Shown: positions 17,993 through 28,640, counted from the stretch's first letter. The stretch is DNA of 64,000 nucleotides from an uncultured Verrucomicrobiae bacterium (GCA_963765205.1 CAVXVB010000004.1:192001-256000), one strand, 5' to 3'. The notes: generated by a model from the letters alone, not told the origin. A program made the numbers and translations.

Positions 17993-19114
17993 TTTCATTC
18001 CGCGCGACCGAATCTTGTCCACGCCGACAGCGAGAACGATGACGACGCCGATGATGATTTCCTGGATGTAGGTGGGCCAGCTCATCTGGACGGTGCCGCT
18101 TCGCAGGGAGGTCATCGTGAGCGCGCCAATGATCGCTCCCCAGATGCTGCCGACTCCGCCGTTAAGGCTGGCGCCGCCAATAACGACAGCGGCGATGACA
18201 TCCAGTTCGAGGCCCTGGCCAACGGTGACGTCGCCTTGGCTCAGGCGGGCGAGGTCGAAGACGCCGGCGAGGCCAATGAAGAATCCTGCAAAGGTGTAAA
18301 CGAGGACTTTAAGCGTGCGGGTGCGCAGGCCGCAGAGGCGCGCGGTGTCTTCATTCGAGCCAAGGGCAAATATGTGGCGGCCAAACACGCTGCGGTTCAA
18401 AACGATGGACATGAGGATGGTAAGCGTGAGTAGGATGATCACACCGATGGGAGGGATCCAGAACGGAATGGCCAAATCGCCCGGGTGCTGTCGGTCCGGC
18501 CCCATGCAATGGCTGAGGAGATTGAAGAGCCAGTCGGGGATGACGGCGGGGAGGCTGAGGCCGGTTTCGCCGGGCTTCCACCACGCCGGAGCGCCGGCGG
18601 CGTGGAGGGAATATGGATTGTTCATCAAGGCGTTGACGCCTTCGACACGCGCAAGGTTGTAATTGACGGTTTGGTTGTCACCAATCCATTTCGCGAGGCC
18701 GCGCATCGCACCCATGGCCCCGAGAGTGACGATAAAGGGCATCATTTTGAATCGCGCAATGATGGTCCCGTTGACCGCGCCGACCAGCCCGCCGACGGCC
18801 ACGGCGGCCGCGACGGCGACCCAGGATGAATGTCCGGCCCGCAAGAGCACCGCCGCGATGACGCCCGTGAGCGCGACCACTGAGCCGGCGCTCAAATCAA
18901 TCCCGCCGGAGACGATGATCATGGTCATGCCCAAGGTGCCGGTGGCAACAACGGTGGTTTGCGTGATGATGAGGCCGATGGTATCCGGCGACAGAAAATT
19001 CGCCTGGGAGTGCCCGTAGATCATCCCCTCAAAGAGCACCAGGACGAAGGTCAAGCCGAAGAGCGGCCCGAGCAGGGGATAGCGTTTCATCCAGGAGAGG
19101 CGGGGAGCGGACAT
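17987..19114 (-). CDS. sugar ABC transporter permease (RbsC-like)
   Basis: GGIDLSAG, PFIVTLG, FGRHIFALGSNE, LELDVIAAVVIGG. Confidence 0.93.
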   Translation of the reverse strand: MSAPRLSWMKRYPLLGPLFGLTFVLVLFEGMIYGHSQANFLSPDTIGLIITQTTVVATGTLGMTMIIVSGGIDLSAGSVVALTGVIAAVLLRAGHSSWVAVAAAVAVGGLVGAVNGTIIARFKMMPFIVTLGAMGAMRGLAKWIGDNQTVNYNLARVEGVNALMNNPYSLHAAGAPAWWKPGETGLSLPAVIPDWLFNLLSHCMGPDRQHPGDLAIPFWIPPIGVIILLTLTILMSIVLNRSVFGRHIFALGSNEDTARLCGLRTRTLKVLVYTFAGFFIGLAGVFDLARLSQGDVTVGQGLELDVIAAVVIGGASLNGGVGSIWGAIIGALTMTSLRSGTVQMSWPTYIQEIIIGVVIVLAVGVDKIRSRGMKG

Positions 19115-19283
19115 GGGAGGGGAATTAAGAAATATGAGTTAAGAATTAAGAAGTAAAGCCGAGGGCAAAGCAGGCGCAAATTCGAGTTTTGAGTTTCGAG
19201 TTGGGGGTAAAGAATCTGAAATTTTAAATCTGAAATTTCAGATTTCGGAAAATGCGGGGGTAAAACATCGGGAATGCAACGAG

Positions 19284-20795
19284 TTAATTATTCTGCTCGT
19301 TGGGTTCGGTCGCGTCGCGGCCCAGCGCGGCGGTGAGCAGACTGTGCTCGGTCCATTCCTCCCGCGGGTGCATGGCGACCAGTTCGCCGCGGCACATGAC
19401 GCCGATGGTGTCGCACATGCCAAGCAACTCGGGCAAATAGGAACTAACCATGACGATGGCTTTGCCGGCCAGGGCAGTGTCAAGCATTTGGCGATACAGC
19501 ACGGCCTTGGCGCCGACATCAATGCCGCGCGTCGGCTCATCAAGCAAAAACACGTCGGCCTGCTGGTGGAGCAGACGGCCAAAGGCGATTTTTTGCTGAT
19601 TCCCGCCGGACAGGGTGCCGACCAGCTGGCGCGCGGATTGCGCGCGCACATCGAGGCGCTGAATGAGGTCGCGCGCGACGGCGAGTTGCTTTGTGCGAGA
19701 GACAAAGCCGCCTTTGGCGAGCACGTCAAGGCGCGAGAGCGTGAGATTGTCCGCGAGATCGCGGTTGAGCAGGAGGCCTTCCTCCTTGCGATTTTCGGAC
19801 AGCAACCCAAGGCCAGCGGCGAGGCTGCGGCCCGGCGCGCCAAGCGCCAGCGTCTTTCCTTCCACCACGACCTTGCCTGCGGCGGCCTGATCCAAGCCGA
19901 AAATGGAGCGCAAAATCTCCGTGCGGCCGGAGCCGATGAGGCCAGCGAGGCCAAAAATTTCTCCGCGGCGGACCGCGAAGGAAACACCCTGTGGCTTGCC
20001 ATGCGGGCCATCCAAGCCTTGGACGGTGAGCAGGGGTTCGCCGAGCGGGCGCGGCGCGCGGGGATAAAGTTCAGTCACTTCTCGGCCGACCATAAGGCGG
20101 ATGATGCCCGCGTCGTCAATCCGGCTAAGTTTGCCGCCACCCACCGATTTGCCGTCGCGCAGGACAAGGTAACTTTTGGCGACGGCGCGACATTCTTCGA
20201 GGAAGTGGCTGATGTAGATGAGGGCGACGCCCTGCTCCGCAAGTCGGGCGATGATACCAAAGAGGGTTTCGACATCGTGGCTGCCCAGGCTGCTGGTCGG
20301 CTCGTCGAGGATGACAACGCGCGCGCCGCTGGCGCAGGCCCGGGCGATCTCGACAATCTGTTGCTCGGCGATGGAGAGGGCGCGCACCGGCACATTGAGC
20401 GGCAGGTGCGGGTGGTTGACCATCGCCAGAGCCTTTTGCGCGAGTTCGCGGCGCCGGCGGCGGTTGATGAAGCCGCCGCGGGCCGGTTCGCGCCCAAGAA
20501 GGAGATTTTCCTCCGCATTCAGGTGCGGCGCGAGCGTCAACTCTTGATATATCATCGCGACGCCGGCATCGCTGGATTGGCGCGGCTCGCGCGGGGCGAA
20601 GGGATGGCCGTCCAGCTCCATCAAGCCCTGGTCCGGGGCGTGCGCGCCGGAAATGACCTTCATCAGCGTGCTCTTGCCCGCGCCATTTTCGCCGATGACG
20701 GCGAGCACTTCCCCAGCCCGCGCCTCAAGATCCACGCCGGCGAGGGCGCGGGTGGCGCCGAAGCTTTTTTCGATGCCGCGCAGCCGCAGGCGCAT
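19284..20795 (-). CDS. sugar ABC transporter ATP-binding protein (RbsA-like)
   Basis: GENGAGKST, LDEPT twice, LSGGNQQK. Confidence 0.95.
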   Translation of the reverse strand: MRLRLRGIEKSFGATRALAGVDLEARAGEVLAVIGENGAGKSTLMKVISGAHAPDQGLMELDGHPFAPREPRQSSDAGVAMIYQELTLAPHLNAEENLLLGREPARGGFINRRRRRELAQKALAMVNHPHLPLNVPVRALSIAEQQIVEIARACASGARVVILDEPTSSLGSHDVETLFGIIARLAEQGVALIYISHFLEECRAVAKSYLVLRDGKSVGGGKLSRIDDAGIIRLMVGREVTELYPRAPRPLGEPLLTVQGLDGPHGKPQGVSFAVRRGEIFGLAGLIGSGRTEILRSIFGLDQAAAGKVVVEGKTLALGAPGRSLAAGLGLLSENRKEEGLLLNRDLADNLTLSRLDVLAKGGFVSRTKQLAVARDLIQRLDVRAQSARQLVGTLSGGNQQKIAFGRLLHQQADVFLLDEPTRGIDVGAKAVLYRQMLDTALAGKAIVMVSSYLPELLGMCDTIGVMCRGELVAMHPREEWTEHSLLTAALGRDATEPNEQNN

Positions 20796-20809
20796 GGGGG
20801 GGTGGGGAT

Positions 20810-21910
20810 TTATTGCTGGACGGTATTGTCGAGCAGGGCTTTGATGGCAGGGTCGGTTTGGTTGTCCTTGCGCAGGACGACGGTGCCGGTGTCCACGTTG
20901 GCGGGGACGTTCAGACCGGCGAGGTGGGCGAGCATGGTTTTGACGCCGAGGTAACCCATTTGGTAGGGATACTGGAGGACGATGGCGCCGAGTTCGCCGT
21001 TTTGGAGGCCGGCCATGTTGGCTTTGTCACCGTCGAAGCCGACGAATTTGACTTTGCCGGCGAGTTTGACGTTTTCAAGAGCGAGCAACATACCGTTGGT
21101 GCTGGGTTCATTAGGCTCGAAGATGCCGTCCACCTGGCCCTTAAAAGTGTTGAGGAGGTCGCCGCCCTTGGAAAGGGAATCGGACGCATCACCACCACCG
21201 CCCGCGTAATTGTCGGATGAGAGGACTTTAAGGCCGGGATGTTTTTTAACTTCGTCAAGAAAGCCATCTTCGCGGTCGTTGGTGCTGGCGGAGCCGGCCA
21301 GGAAGCGCATCATAATGACGTTGCCTTTGTCGCCGAGTTCCTTGGCGAGTTCCTGTCCGGCGAGGATGCCGGCGCTGCGGTTGTTGGTGCCAACGAAGGC
21401 GACAATGTCCTGGTAGTCGAGTGCGGAGTCCACGATGACGAGAGGGATGCCGGCATGGCGGGCTTTGTCGGCCGGAGTGACGAGGGCCTTAAAGTCCATC
21501 GGCGCCAGGATGATGCCGTCGAGCTTTTGGGCGATGTAAGTTTCGACGAGCGCGACTTGGGCCGGGCGGTCGGATTCGTTGGGCGGGCCGTTCCAATCCA
21601 CCGTGAGGTTGATGCCAGCGGCTTGCGCCTCTTCTTGGGCGACATCCAGACCCTTTTTCACGGATTTCCAGTAAACATTTTCCATGCCTTTGGGTATGAA
21701 GGCCAGGTGAATGGTCTTGCCCTTGAGGGAGGAAAGATCGGCCTTGGCCGGATCCACAGTCGGGCCGGCAGGCGTGGCCGACGGTGCGGGCGCGGCTGAC
21801 GAGGCGGCGGACGAGCCATTGGATGAATTCGATTGGCCGCAGGCGGCCAAGAGCAAAGCCAAGGCGGCCAGCAGCGTGGAGCGGAAACGGAACGAAGCAG
21901 GGGATTTCAT
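20810..21910 (-). CDS. sugar ABC transporter substrate-binding lipoprotein
   Basis: Lipobox LLAAC; AFIPKG, DGIILAP, VGTNN, FVGFD. Confidence 0.92.
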   Translation of the reverse strand: MKSPASFRFRSTLLAALALLLAACGQSNSSNGSSAASSAAPAPSATPAGPTVDPAKADLSSLKGKTIHLAFIPKGMENVYWKSVKKGLDVAQEEAQAAGINLTVDWNGPPNESDRPAQVALVETYIAQKLDGIILAPMDFKALVTPADKARHAGIPLVIVDSALDYQDIVAFVGTNNRSAGILAGQELAKELGDKGNVIMMRFLAGSASTNDREDGFLDEVKKHPGLKVLSSDNYAGGGGDASDSLSKGGDLLNTFKGQVDGIFEPNEPSTNGMLLALENVKLAGKVKFVGFDGDKANMAGLQNGELGAIVLQYPYQMGYLGVKTMLAHLAGLNVPANVDTGTVVLRKDNQTDPAIKALLDNTVQQ

Positions 21911-22025
21911 GGGGTAAAGAAAGGGGTGGGCGGAAGGGGCCTGCACGGGTGAGCCACGTATGAGGCCACACGCGCCGCGAGGTGTCAAACCCTTAGCCAC
22001 ACGACTCCTCCCGGTGCAAAACTGG

Positions 22026-22334
22026 TTACGGTTTGTCGTCCACCGGCTTGTTGCGCTCGGCCTGCCAGCGGGCGCGCTGCCAGCGCATCGAGAAAAAGTC
22101 CCAGCCATCGGCGATGAGGCGCGCCGAGCCAACCAAACAATACAGCAGGACCACCAAGGCAGCGGCCAGCGCCCAGAACATGAAGGCCGGCGAACCCAGA
22201 GCAACAACCGAGCAAACGGCCACGGCGGAAACAATCACTGTGTAACGCAGCCGCCGCACTTCGAGGCGCACCTTGCGCACTTGCCGCGCAACTTCCTCAT
22301 ATTCCGGGGGCATGGGAGGTGGGGGCGGGGGCAT
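22026..22334 (-). CDS. small hypothetical membrane protein
   Basis: Short coiled-coil plus two hydrophobic segments. Confidence 0.55.
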   Translation of the reverse strand: MPPPPPPMPPEYEEVARQVRKVRLEVRRLRYTVIVSAVAVCSVVALGSPAFMFWALAAALVVLLYCLVGSARLIADGWDFFSMRWQRARWQAERNKPVDDKP

Positions 22335-22362
22335 ATTGGAAAAGGGGTTCGGGATGGTGGTC

Positions 22363-22602
22363 TTACTTAATGTCTTCGACCGGGGGCCTGGGCGGCTTCG
22401 GAAACGAAGCCATCCGGCCGACAGCGTGCAGCACTTCAGCCATCAAACCAATGAACGCCACGACGATGATTGCGCCAAAGCCCAGCCACGGGAAAAGAGC
22501 CAAGCCCAGCAGGGCCATGATCATAATCTCGCGCTGCTGCCGAAGTTCCTTCCGCAGCTCGCGCACCTGGGTGATCAGTTCCTGGGATTCGAGGTTTGTC
22601 AT
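22363..22602 (-). CDS. small hypothetical membrane protein
   Basis: MTNLESQELITQVRELRKELRQQ followed by two hydrophobic segments. Confidence 0.55.
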   Translation of the reverse strand: MTNLESQELITQVRELRKELRQQREIMIMALLGLALFPWLGFGAIIVVAFIGLMAEVLHAVGRMASFPKPPRPPVEDIK

Positions 22603-22696
22603 GGAGGTAACATAGACCGACCACCTAACGCCGCAAGCCATAATTCTTCATCTTTGCCCATGCATCCTTGCGGCTGAGGTGGATGGGGAAGCCCCA

Positions 22697-25033
22697 TCAG
22701 GGAGCAACGTGGTCGCGCGCCCGGCAAAGGGACCGCAGAAACAAACCCGACCAGACCAGCGCCGCCAAAAGAGAAATCAGGAGGCCATGGCGAAACGACG
22801 GCGGCGCGTATTCGACGAGTAAATGGTGATGCCCGGCGGCAAGGGGAATCGCGCGGACGATGTAATCCGCCGGGAGTATTTCATAGCTGGCCTGCGCACT
22901 GCCCGGCAGCGCGCGGGCGCACCAGTCGCGGCTATACAGATCGGTGATGAGCAGCAGGGCGGGCGCGGGCGTGTCCGCCTCAATGGTCAGCGAATCGCTG
23001 GTCGAATCGGTCAGGCGGGCGGCGCCGGGCGGGGCCTGCGGTTGGGGACGTGGAACAGGCTCGCTTTCGAGGAGCACGGTTTTACGCGCATCGAAGTCCG
23101 CTTTCATCAGAGCCGCCAGAATGGCGGCGCGCCCGGACAGCACCTGGTAATTCGAGACCAGCAGCACATGGGGCAGCACCGCGGGCGTCTCGATGATTTG
23201 ATAATACCCTGTCTGCGGCCAGAAGGCCACGCGCAGCCGCAGCAGGGCGTAAATCGGCGGCAAGGAAAAGAACGAGGTGAATTCCGGCGGCTGGTCGGGA
23301 TCCTGGCCCTGGCTAAAATTGATGAACTCGGCATAACGCTTCAATCCGGTTGGGTTGGCGCCCCAGATATCGGATTTGCCAAGAAAATAGCCGTTGTTCG
23401 GCCACATGAAGTTGAGCACGCGGTAATCACCGGGTCGGGCCGCGAGGTAGGCGCTCACTTCCGCCGGCTCAGTAATAACCAGATTCTTGGCGTCAAGATT
23501 CTCATAGGCAAACCAACCCAGCTCCCCCAGCAGCAGCGCCACGGGCAGCCAGCGCCAGGGCGCCCAGCGCCGGGCCAGGAGCAAGCCGGCCGCCGCCAGC
23601 AGAAAAATCACGCCGGCCAGCGCCACCGCCTGCCCCGTTTGCACTCCGCAAGTGTGGATAAGTTGCGGGTCCGTGATGCTGGTTTCCTGAATGCCGTAGC
23701 TGGCTTGCCGGTTCTGCACGAATTGAAGCAACCCGGCAAAAAGCGAGGGCTGCCGCCAGATATCCATACCCACGCCCACCGCCACAATCCCCGCCAGTAA
23801 CAACACCCCGGCGAAAACCTTGCTCCCCGGCCGCCGGCGGATAAGGGCGTCGGCGCCAGCGCCGATAATCAGCGCCCCGAAAAGCAGCACAGGGAAAACC
23901 AACCGCCCGGGAACCCGAAACTTGTCAAAGCCGGGAACATAATCATAGAAAAAACGCAGGAGCGGCGTTTGATCGCCGAGGGCCAGCAAAAACATCGGGA
24001 GCATGACCAGCAAGTCCGCCCACGCGCCGCGGCGGCGCTCCCGGTCCCCGAGGGCGAGTCCCGCCAGCGCCAGGCCGGCGGCCCCGGCAAAGGCGGACGA
24101 CTCCCAAAGATAGCCGCGTCCCCAATAGGTGTGGTTGCTCAAATGGCCAAAAAAGCCCGGCGCAAAGAGCATCAGTAAATTCTCCACGGGAAAGGGAAAA
24201 GTGCGGACCAGGCTGAAATCCACTTTGCCCTGCCGGAAGCCCTCGGTCGCGGCCGCCAAACCAGGCAAAAGTTGCGCCGCCGCCATCGCCGCGCCGCCCA
24301 GGAAGACAGCTCCCGCGAGCGGCAAAGCGCGGCGGCGGATGGCGGGATCCAGCGCCGAATACACGAGCGCCTGCAGCCCGGCGGCGAAGGCCGTGTAAAA
24401 GACAAATTGCGGGTGTCCGCCCAAAATTTGCAGGCCAACGGCGGCCATCCCCAACAGCAGCGGTCGCAGAACCGGGCCGCGCCAGGCCTTTTCCAGCGCC
24501 AGAAAAATCCATGGCGCCCACGCCATGGTGCAGACCACGGATAGATGCCCGGCATACAAACGCGTAAAAACCGGCGCATTCAACACTACAAAGAATCCGC
24601 ACAGCGCGCAGGCGGCCGGACGGTAGCCGTGCCACTTCGCCCAAAATCCCATCCCCCACCCCAAGATTAACAGATGCAGCAGGAAGCAGAGGTTGACGGC
24701 CCGCGCGAGGGGCAAAAATATAAAAATGAGGTTGGGTGGATAAAGCTCCGCCGATTGAAAATCACCCAGAAACGGCCCGCCCGAAAACGTGTAGGGATTC
24801 CACAACGGCAGATGGCCCCCTTGAATGCTCTCGGCGGCGAAGGCCCGCCAGGGGGCGAAGAGGCTCACCAGATCCACGCCCGACCCTGTCCCGGAAAGCA
24901 CCAAATTCTCCGGCAGCGCAAAAACCAGCGCCACCACCACCGCCACACTCAGCAGGACGAGCAGCCGCAGCCTCTGGAAGGGAATTATTTCTGTCGGGCG
25001 CGCCGGGACGAACGTCTCACACAAGTCGGGCAT
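22697..25033 (-). CDS. YfhO-family (GT-C-like) membrane protein
   Basis: LPLWNPYTFSGGPF, GGHPQ, AQLLP, FRVPGR, C-terminal ADYIVRAIPLAAGHH..EYAP. Confidence 0.85.
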   Translation of the reverse strand: MPDLCETFVPARPTEIIPFQRLRLLVLLSVAVVVALVFALPENLVLSGTGSGVDLVSLFAPWRAFAAESIQGGHLPLWNPYTFSGGPFLGDFQSAELYPPNLIFIFLPLARAVNLCFLLHLLILGWGMGFWAKWHGYRPAACALCGFFVVLNAPVFTRLYAGHLSVVCTMAWAPWIFLALEKAWRGPVLRPLLLGMAAVGLQILGGHPQFVFYTAFAAGLQALVYSALDPAIRRRALPLAGAVFLGGAAMAAAQLLPGLAAATEGFRQGKVDFSLVRTFPFPVENLLMLFAPGFFGHLSNHTYWGRGYLWESSAFAGAAGLALAGLALGDRERRRGAWADLLVMLPMFLLALGDQTPLLRFFYDYVPGFDKFRVPGRLVFPVLLFGALIIGAGADALIRRRPGSKVFAGVLLLAGIVAVGVGMDIWRQPSLFAGLLQFVQNRQASYGIQETSITDPQLIHTCGVQTGQAVALAGVIFLLAAAGLLLARRWAPWRWLPVALLLGELGWFAYENLDAKNLVITEPAEVSAYLAARPGDYRVLNFMWPNNGYFLGKSDIWGANPTGLKRYAEFINFSQGQDPDQPPEFTSFFSLPPIYALLRLRVAFWPQTGYYQIIETPAVLPHVLLVSNYQVLSGRAAILAALMKADFDARKTVLLESEPVPRPQPQAPPGAARLTDSTSDSLTIEADTPAPALLLITDLYSRDWCARALPGSAQASYEILPADYIVRAIPLAAGHHHLLVEYAPPSFRHGLLISLLAALVWSGLFLRSLCRARDHVAP

Positions 25034-25121
25034 GGGCGGGACGATGCCTACCATCAAACCTTGGGGAAACTCAACTTATTATCGGCCAAGCGGGCGGTTG
25101 CTGGCGGAGCCGGCGGGGGGG

Positions 25122-25457
25122 TTACTTCATCTTCGCCAGTGCTTCCTCGCGGCTCGCGTAGATGGGGAAGATGCTGGTGAAGCCGGAAATTTCAAAAACC
25201 TGGCGGACGGTGGGCGCGAGCGAGGCCAGCGCAATGGCTCCACCGAGTTTTTTGAATAGTTTGGCGCCGGACAGGAGCACGCGCAGGCCCGCGCTGGAAA
25301 TGTAATCGAGTTCCTTCACATCCACCAGCACCCTGGCCTGGCCTTTACCCGCGAGCGCATTCAACTCGGTTTCGAGCTGGCCATGGGTGTTGATGTCCAG
25401 CCGGCCCTTGAGGCTGACTATGACAACGTTGTTGATGCTTTCGGTGCGGATTTCCAC
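25122..25457 (-). CDS. STAS-domain anti-sigma factor antagonist
   Basis: LKGRLD, LDYISSAGLRVLL, VRQVFEISGF; GTG start inferred. Confidence 0.9.
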   Translation of the reverse strand: MEIRTESINNVVIVSLKGRLDINTHGQLETELNALAGKGQARVLVDVKELDYISSAGLRVLLSGAKLFKKLGGAIALASLAPTVRQVFEISGFTSIFPIYASREEALAKMK

Positions 25458-25584
25458 GGCGGTGGGCGGCTGGGGTTGGGACGCGGAGGTCTTTTTCGCT
25501 GACGAGCGGGAGATTGGCAAGCGGAAAGGGAGGGGGGCGCAGGGGCAGAGGGCACAGGGCGAAGAACGCAGGAATGCCCAAAAG

Positions 25585-25971
25585 TCAGTTTTGCTTGGCG
25601 GGGGATTTGAGTTTCGAAATAAGGCTGGACAGCATCCTTTCAATTTCTCGGGCCGCATAGCCAAATTCATCAAATTGAGTTGGCTCCAAGTATCCCAAGT
25701 TGCGGACGATTTCCAGTTGGGTTTGCAATTCGAACAGCGAACCGGCGGCAGTTTGCAAAAAGCGCACGTAGTCCGGCATAGAGTAACGGCCAAATCCCTC
25801 CGCGATATTTGACGGAATCGAGATCGCCGCCCGTCGAATTTGCGAGGTCAGCGTGTAAACTTCCTCTTTTGGAAAGGGCTGGGTCAAAGCATATGCCTAG
25901 GTCACCAAGGCCATCGCTTTTTGCCAGACCAGCAAATCCCGATAGGTGCGAATGGGCAATTTTGCATTCAT
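25585..25971 (-). pseudogene. four-helix-bundle protein (23S rRNA IVP/bAvd-like) with in-frame TAG
   Basis: MNAKLPIRTYRDLLVWQKAMALVT*AYALTQPFPKEEVYTLTSQIRRAAISIPSNIAEGFGR; TAG at 25897-25899. Confidence 0.88.
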
Positions 25972-26021
25972 AAAGTTTCGGAACTATGCATTTAACAAAC
26001 CTAACCTTGCTCTCATTGGGC

Positions 26022-26531
26022 TTAGGAAGCGAGTGCATCAAGCAGCAAATTCAATCCCATGCGTCCTTTGAAATTCTGCGCTTCTCCCATACGCATCCAA
26101 AAATACGGCCTTGTCGCCCCTTCCTCGCGGAGTTTTTTCATGCACCTTACGACCGTCTTGGATGGGATGAAAAACACTTCTGGTAGATTTTCGCTAGCAG
26201 GCCAATCATTGAGCCAAACAAAGGCATACCATAGATTCTTGTCGCCGCGCTCTGTTGCAGCCCAAGAGGTAAACCAAACATATACTTCCCCTTCGTCGTT
26301 CGTATTTCTTTTGGATTGGGTGCCGGTCTTTACTTGCACGCGAATAGCGTGACCACCTTTCAATTTTGCAACGAGTAAATCACAACCCGGCATTCCACCG
26401 CGAGGCATCGCAACTATAAGCCTGCGGCCCGAAAGGTAGGCCACAATGTAATGTTCGCCGCACACGCCGATAATTGAGGTGTTTTGCTTTGCAACGGCAA
26501 AGATAGTTGGCCCCACACTTGGCTGAGTCAA
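26022..26531 (-). CDS. PD-(D/E)xK-like nuclease-fold protein
   Basis: GEHYIVAYL...GCDLLV...IRVQVKT pattern; lower GC; start uncertain. Confidence 0.7.
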   Translation of the reverse strand: MTQPSVGPTIFAVAKQNTSIIGVCGEHYIVAYLSGRRLIVAMPRGGMPGCDLLVAKLKGGHAIRVQVKTGTQSKRNTNDEGEVYVWFTSWAATERGDKNLWYAFVWLNDWPASENLPEVFFIPSKTVVRCMKKLREEGATRPYFWMRMGEAQNFKGRMGLNLLLDALAS

Positions 26532-26655
26532 ACGCTTAAAATCCGTGATGGCATATTCTCAACGAGGTTTGTGAGGCGCACAGTTCCGCAAAGGTTGACA
26601 ATGGTTGGATGATATATGTCCCTTCGCCCTCTGCCCCTTCGCCCTGCGCCCTCCC

Positions 26656-28200
26656 TCACTCCCACTCAATCGTCGCCGGGGGCTTGGACGAGATGTCGAG
26701 CACGACGCGGCTGACCCCGCGGACTTCGTTGGTGATGCGCGTCGAGATTTGCTGGAGCAGGTCGTGCGGCAGGCGCGTCCAGTCGGCCGTCATGGCGTCA
26801 ATGCTTTCGACGATCCGCAGGGCGATGACCCAAGCGTAATTGCGCTCGTCACCGACCACGCCGACAGATTTTACGGGGAGGAACACACAGAAGGATTGCC
26901 AGACTTTCCAATACCAGCCGGAACGCATCATTTCATCGTGCAGGATGGCGTCGGCCTGGCGGAGGATGGCGAGCTTGTCGCGGCTGATTTCGCCGAGAAC
27001 GCGTACGCCCAGGCCGGGGCCGGGGAAGGGTTGGCGCCAGACGACTTCGCGCGGCAGGCCGAGTTTGGCGCCGACTTCGCGCACCTCGTCCTTGAACAGT
27101 TCGCGCAGCGGCTCGACGAGTTTGAGCCTCATGCGCGCGGGCAGGCCGCCGACGTTGTGGTGGCTTTTGATGACGGCGGCGGGGTTGTTGCCGATGGAGA
27201 CAGATTCGATCACATCGGGATACAGCGTGCCCTGCGCGAGAAAATCGGCGTGCCCGATGGACTTGAGCGATTTCTCAAAGACGGTGATGAACGTGCGGCC
27301 GATGATCTTGCGCTTCGCCTCCGGCTCGCTGACGCCCTTGAGCTTGCGTAGGAACAGGTCGCCGGCGTCGGCCACGCGCAGGTCAATGTGGAAATGTTTT
27401 TTATAAAGGTCCACCACGGCTTCGCGTTCCCCCTGGCGCAACAGGCCGTTGTCCACAAAGACACAAACCAGTTGGCGGCCGATGGCTTTGTGGAGCAGCG
27501 CGGCGGCGACCGAGGAATCCACCCCGCCGCTAAGGCCGAGCAGGACGCGGCTGGAGCCGACCTGGGTACGGATGTCGCGCACGGCTTGTTCAATGAATTC
27601 GCCCATCGTCCAGTTGCGGCGGGCGTGGCAGACACCGAAGAGGAAATTTTTGTAAACTTCAATACCGCGTTCGGTGTGGGAAACTTCGGGGTGAAACTGG
27701 ATGCCGTAGAAGTTGCGGGCGCGGTCCTCGATGGCGGCGAAGGGCGAATTTTCCGTCGTGCCGATGGCGGCGAACCCGGATGGGAGCTGGCTAAGGCGAT
27801 CGCCGTGCGAATTCCAGACGCGCAATTTTTTGGGCAGGCCAGCGAAAAGGCGGCCAGGTTTCTTAATGGCGAGGGTGCCGTGGCCGTATTCACGGTGGTC
27901 GCTCTGGGCGACGCGACCTCCGAGCAGATGCCCCATCAGCTGGATGCCGTAGCAGATGCCCAGCATCGGGACACCCAGAGTGAAAATGGCCGGGTCGGGC
28001 CGCGGCGCGTCTTTGGCAAACACACTACTGGGGCCGCCGGAGAGGATGAGGCCGATGACGTTCTCGGCGCGCAATTTTTCCGCCGGGGTGGAGTAATGAT
28101 AAATTTTCGAGTAAACCTTGCATTCGCGGATGCGCCGCGCGATCACTTGCGTGTATTGCGAGCCGAAGTCGAGAACGGCAATGGTGGCCGGAGCAGACAT
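26656..28200 (-). CDS. guaA: GMP synthase (glutamine-hydrolysing)
   Basis: [45 protein letters not shown]. Confidence 0.98.
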   Translation of the reverse strand: MSAPATIAVLDFGSQYTQVIARRIRECKVYSKIYHYSTPAEKLRAENVIGLILSGGPSSVFAKDAPRPDPAIFTLGVPMLGICYGIQLMGHLLGGRVAQSDHREYGHGTLAIKKPGRLFAGLPKKLRVWNSHGDRLSQLPSGFAAIGTTENSPFAAIEDRARNFYGIQFHPEVSHTERGIEVYKNFLFGVCHARRNWTMGEFIEQAVRDIRTQVGSSRVLLGLSGGVDSSVAAALLHKAIGRQLVCVFVDNGLLRQGEREAVVDLYKKHFHIDLRVADAGDLFLRKLKGVSEPEAKRKIIGRTFITVFEKSLKSIGHADFLAQGTLYPDVIESVSIGNNPAAVIKSHHNVGGLPARMRLKLVEPLRELFKDEVREVGAKLGLPREVVWRQPFPGPGLGVRVLGEISRDKLAILRQADAILHDEMMRSGWYWKVWQSFCVFLPVKSVGVVGDERNYAWVIALRIVESIDAMTADWTRLPHDLLQQISTRITNEVRGVSRVVLDISSKPPATIEWE

Positions 28201-28291
28201 GGGAGAGAGAATATTTACCGCAAAAAAACGCAAACGCGACGCGAGGCCGCCGAGAGGTATTGCGTACTTTGCGTTTTTTGAGGTGAAGTAA

Positions 28292-28525
28292 TTAAAATTT
28301 CAACTTGGAGTTTTCAAAATCGCAATGGGGGCAGCGGGCGACGAGACTGGCGCGAGGCGCGGAGTAGAGGCGGCCGCATTTGAGGCAGTGGAAAAGGGAT
28401 TGCGCGCGCTCCTGCTCATAGACGCGCTGGTCGCGCTGGTCGTGGTAAATCCAAAGGCCGAACACGACGGCGAGGCCAATCGTGACACCGGTGAGGAGGA
28501 AGTTGCTGAAGTCCGGGTGGAACAA
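28292..28525 (-). CDS. small membrane protein with Zn-ribbon
   Basis: TM helix then CLKC-x14-CPHC; TTG start inferred. Confidence 0.65.
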   Translation of the reverse strand: MFHPDFSNFLLTGVTIGLAVVFGLWIYHDQRDQRVYEQERAQSLFHCLKCGRLYSAPRASLVARCPHCDFENSKLKF

Positions 28526-28640
28526 GGCGGGAAAATGGCGGAGCGTGAGGGATAAAAACGCAGCGGGCGGCGTGCCAGATTGGCCGCGCCGCCCGTCGCA
28601 GAAAATCAACCGCGCACATAGGCGCGGTGGCGGGATAAAG

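Larger units (their letters stand above)
25527..26656. mobile_element. putative cassette bounded by inverted tandem 8-mer arms, carrying two genes
   Basis: Left arm 25527-25564 agggaggggggcgcaggggcagagggcacagggcgaag; right arm 26621-26656 ccttcgccctctgccccttcgccctgcgccctccct; interior visibly lower in GC. Confidence 0.6.

Noticed and set aside
25458..25793. 223-aa ORF extending the STAS protein upstream
   Set aside because: The extension is the repeat arm plus an alternative frame of the four-helix-bundle gene; the GTG at 25457 gives a normal-sized STAS protein.
25585..26531. Diversity-generating retroelement (Avd-like gene)
   Set aside because: No reverse transcriptase and no template/variable repeat pair seen in the window.
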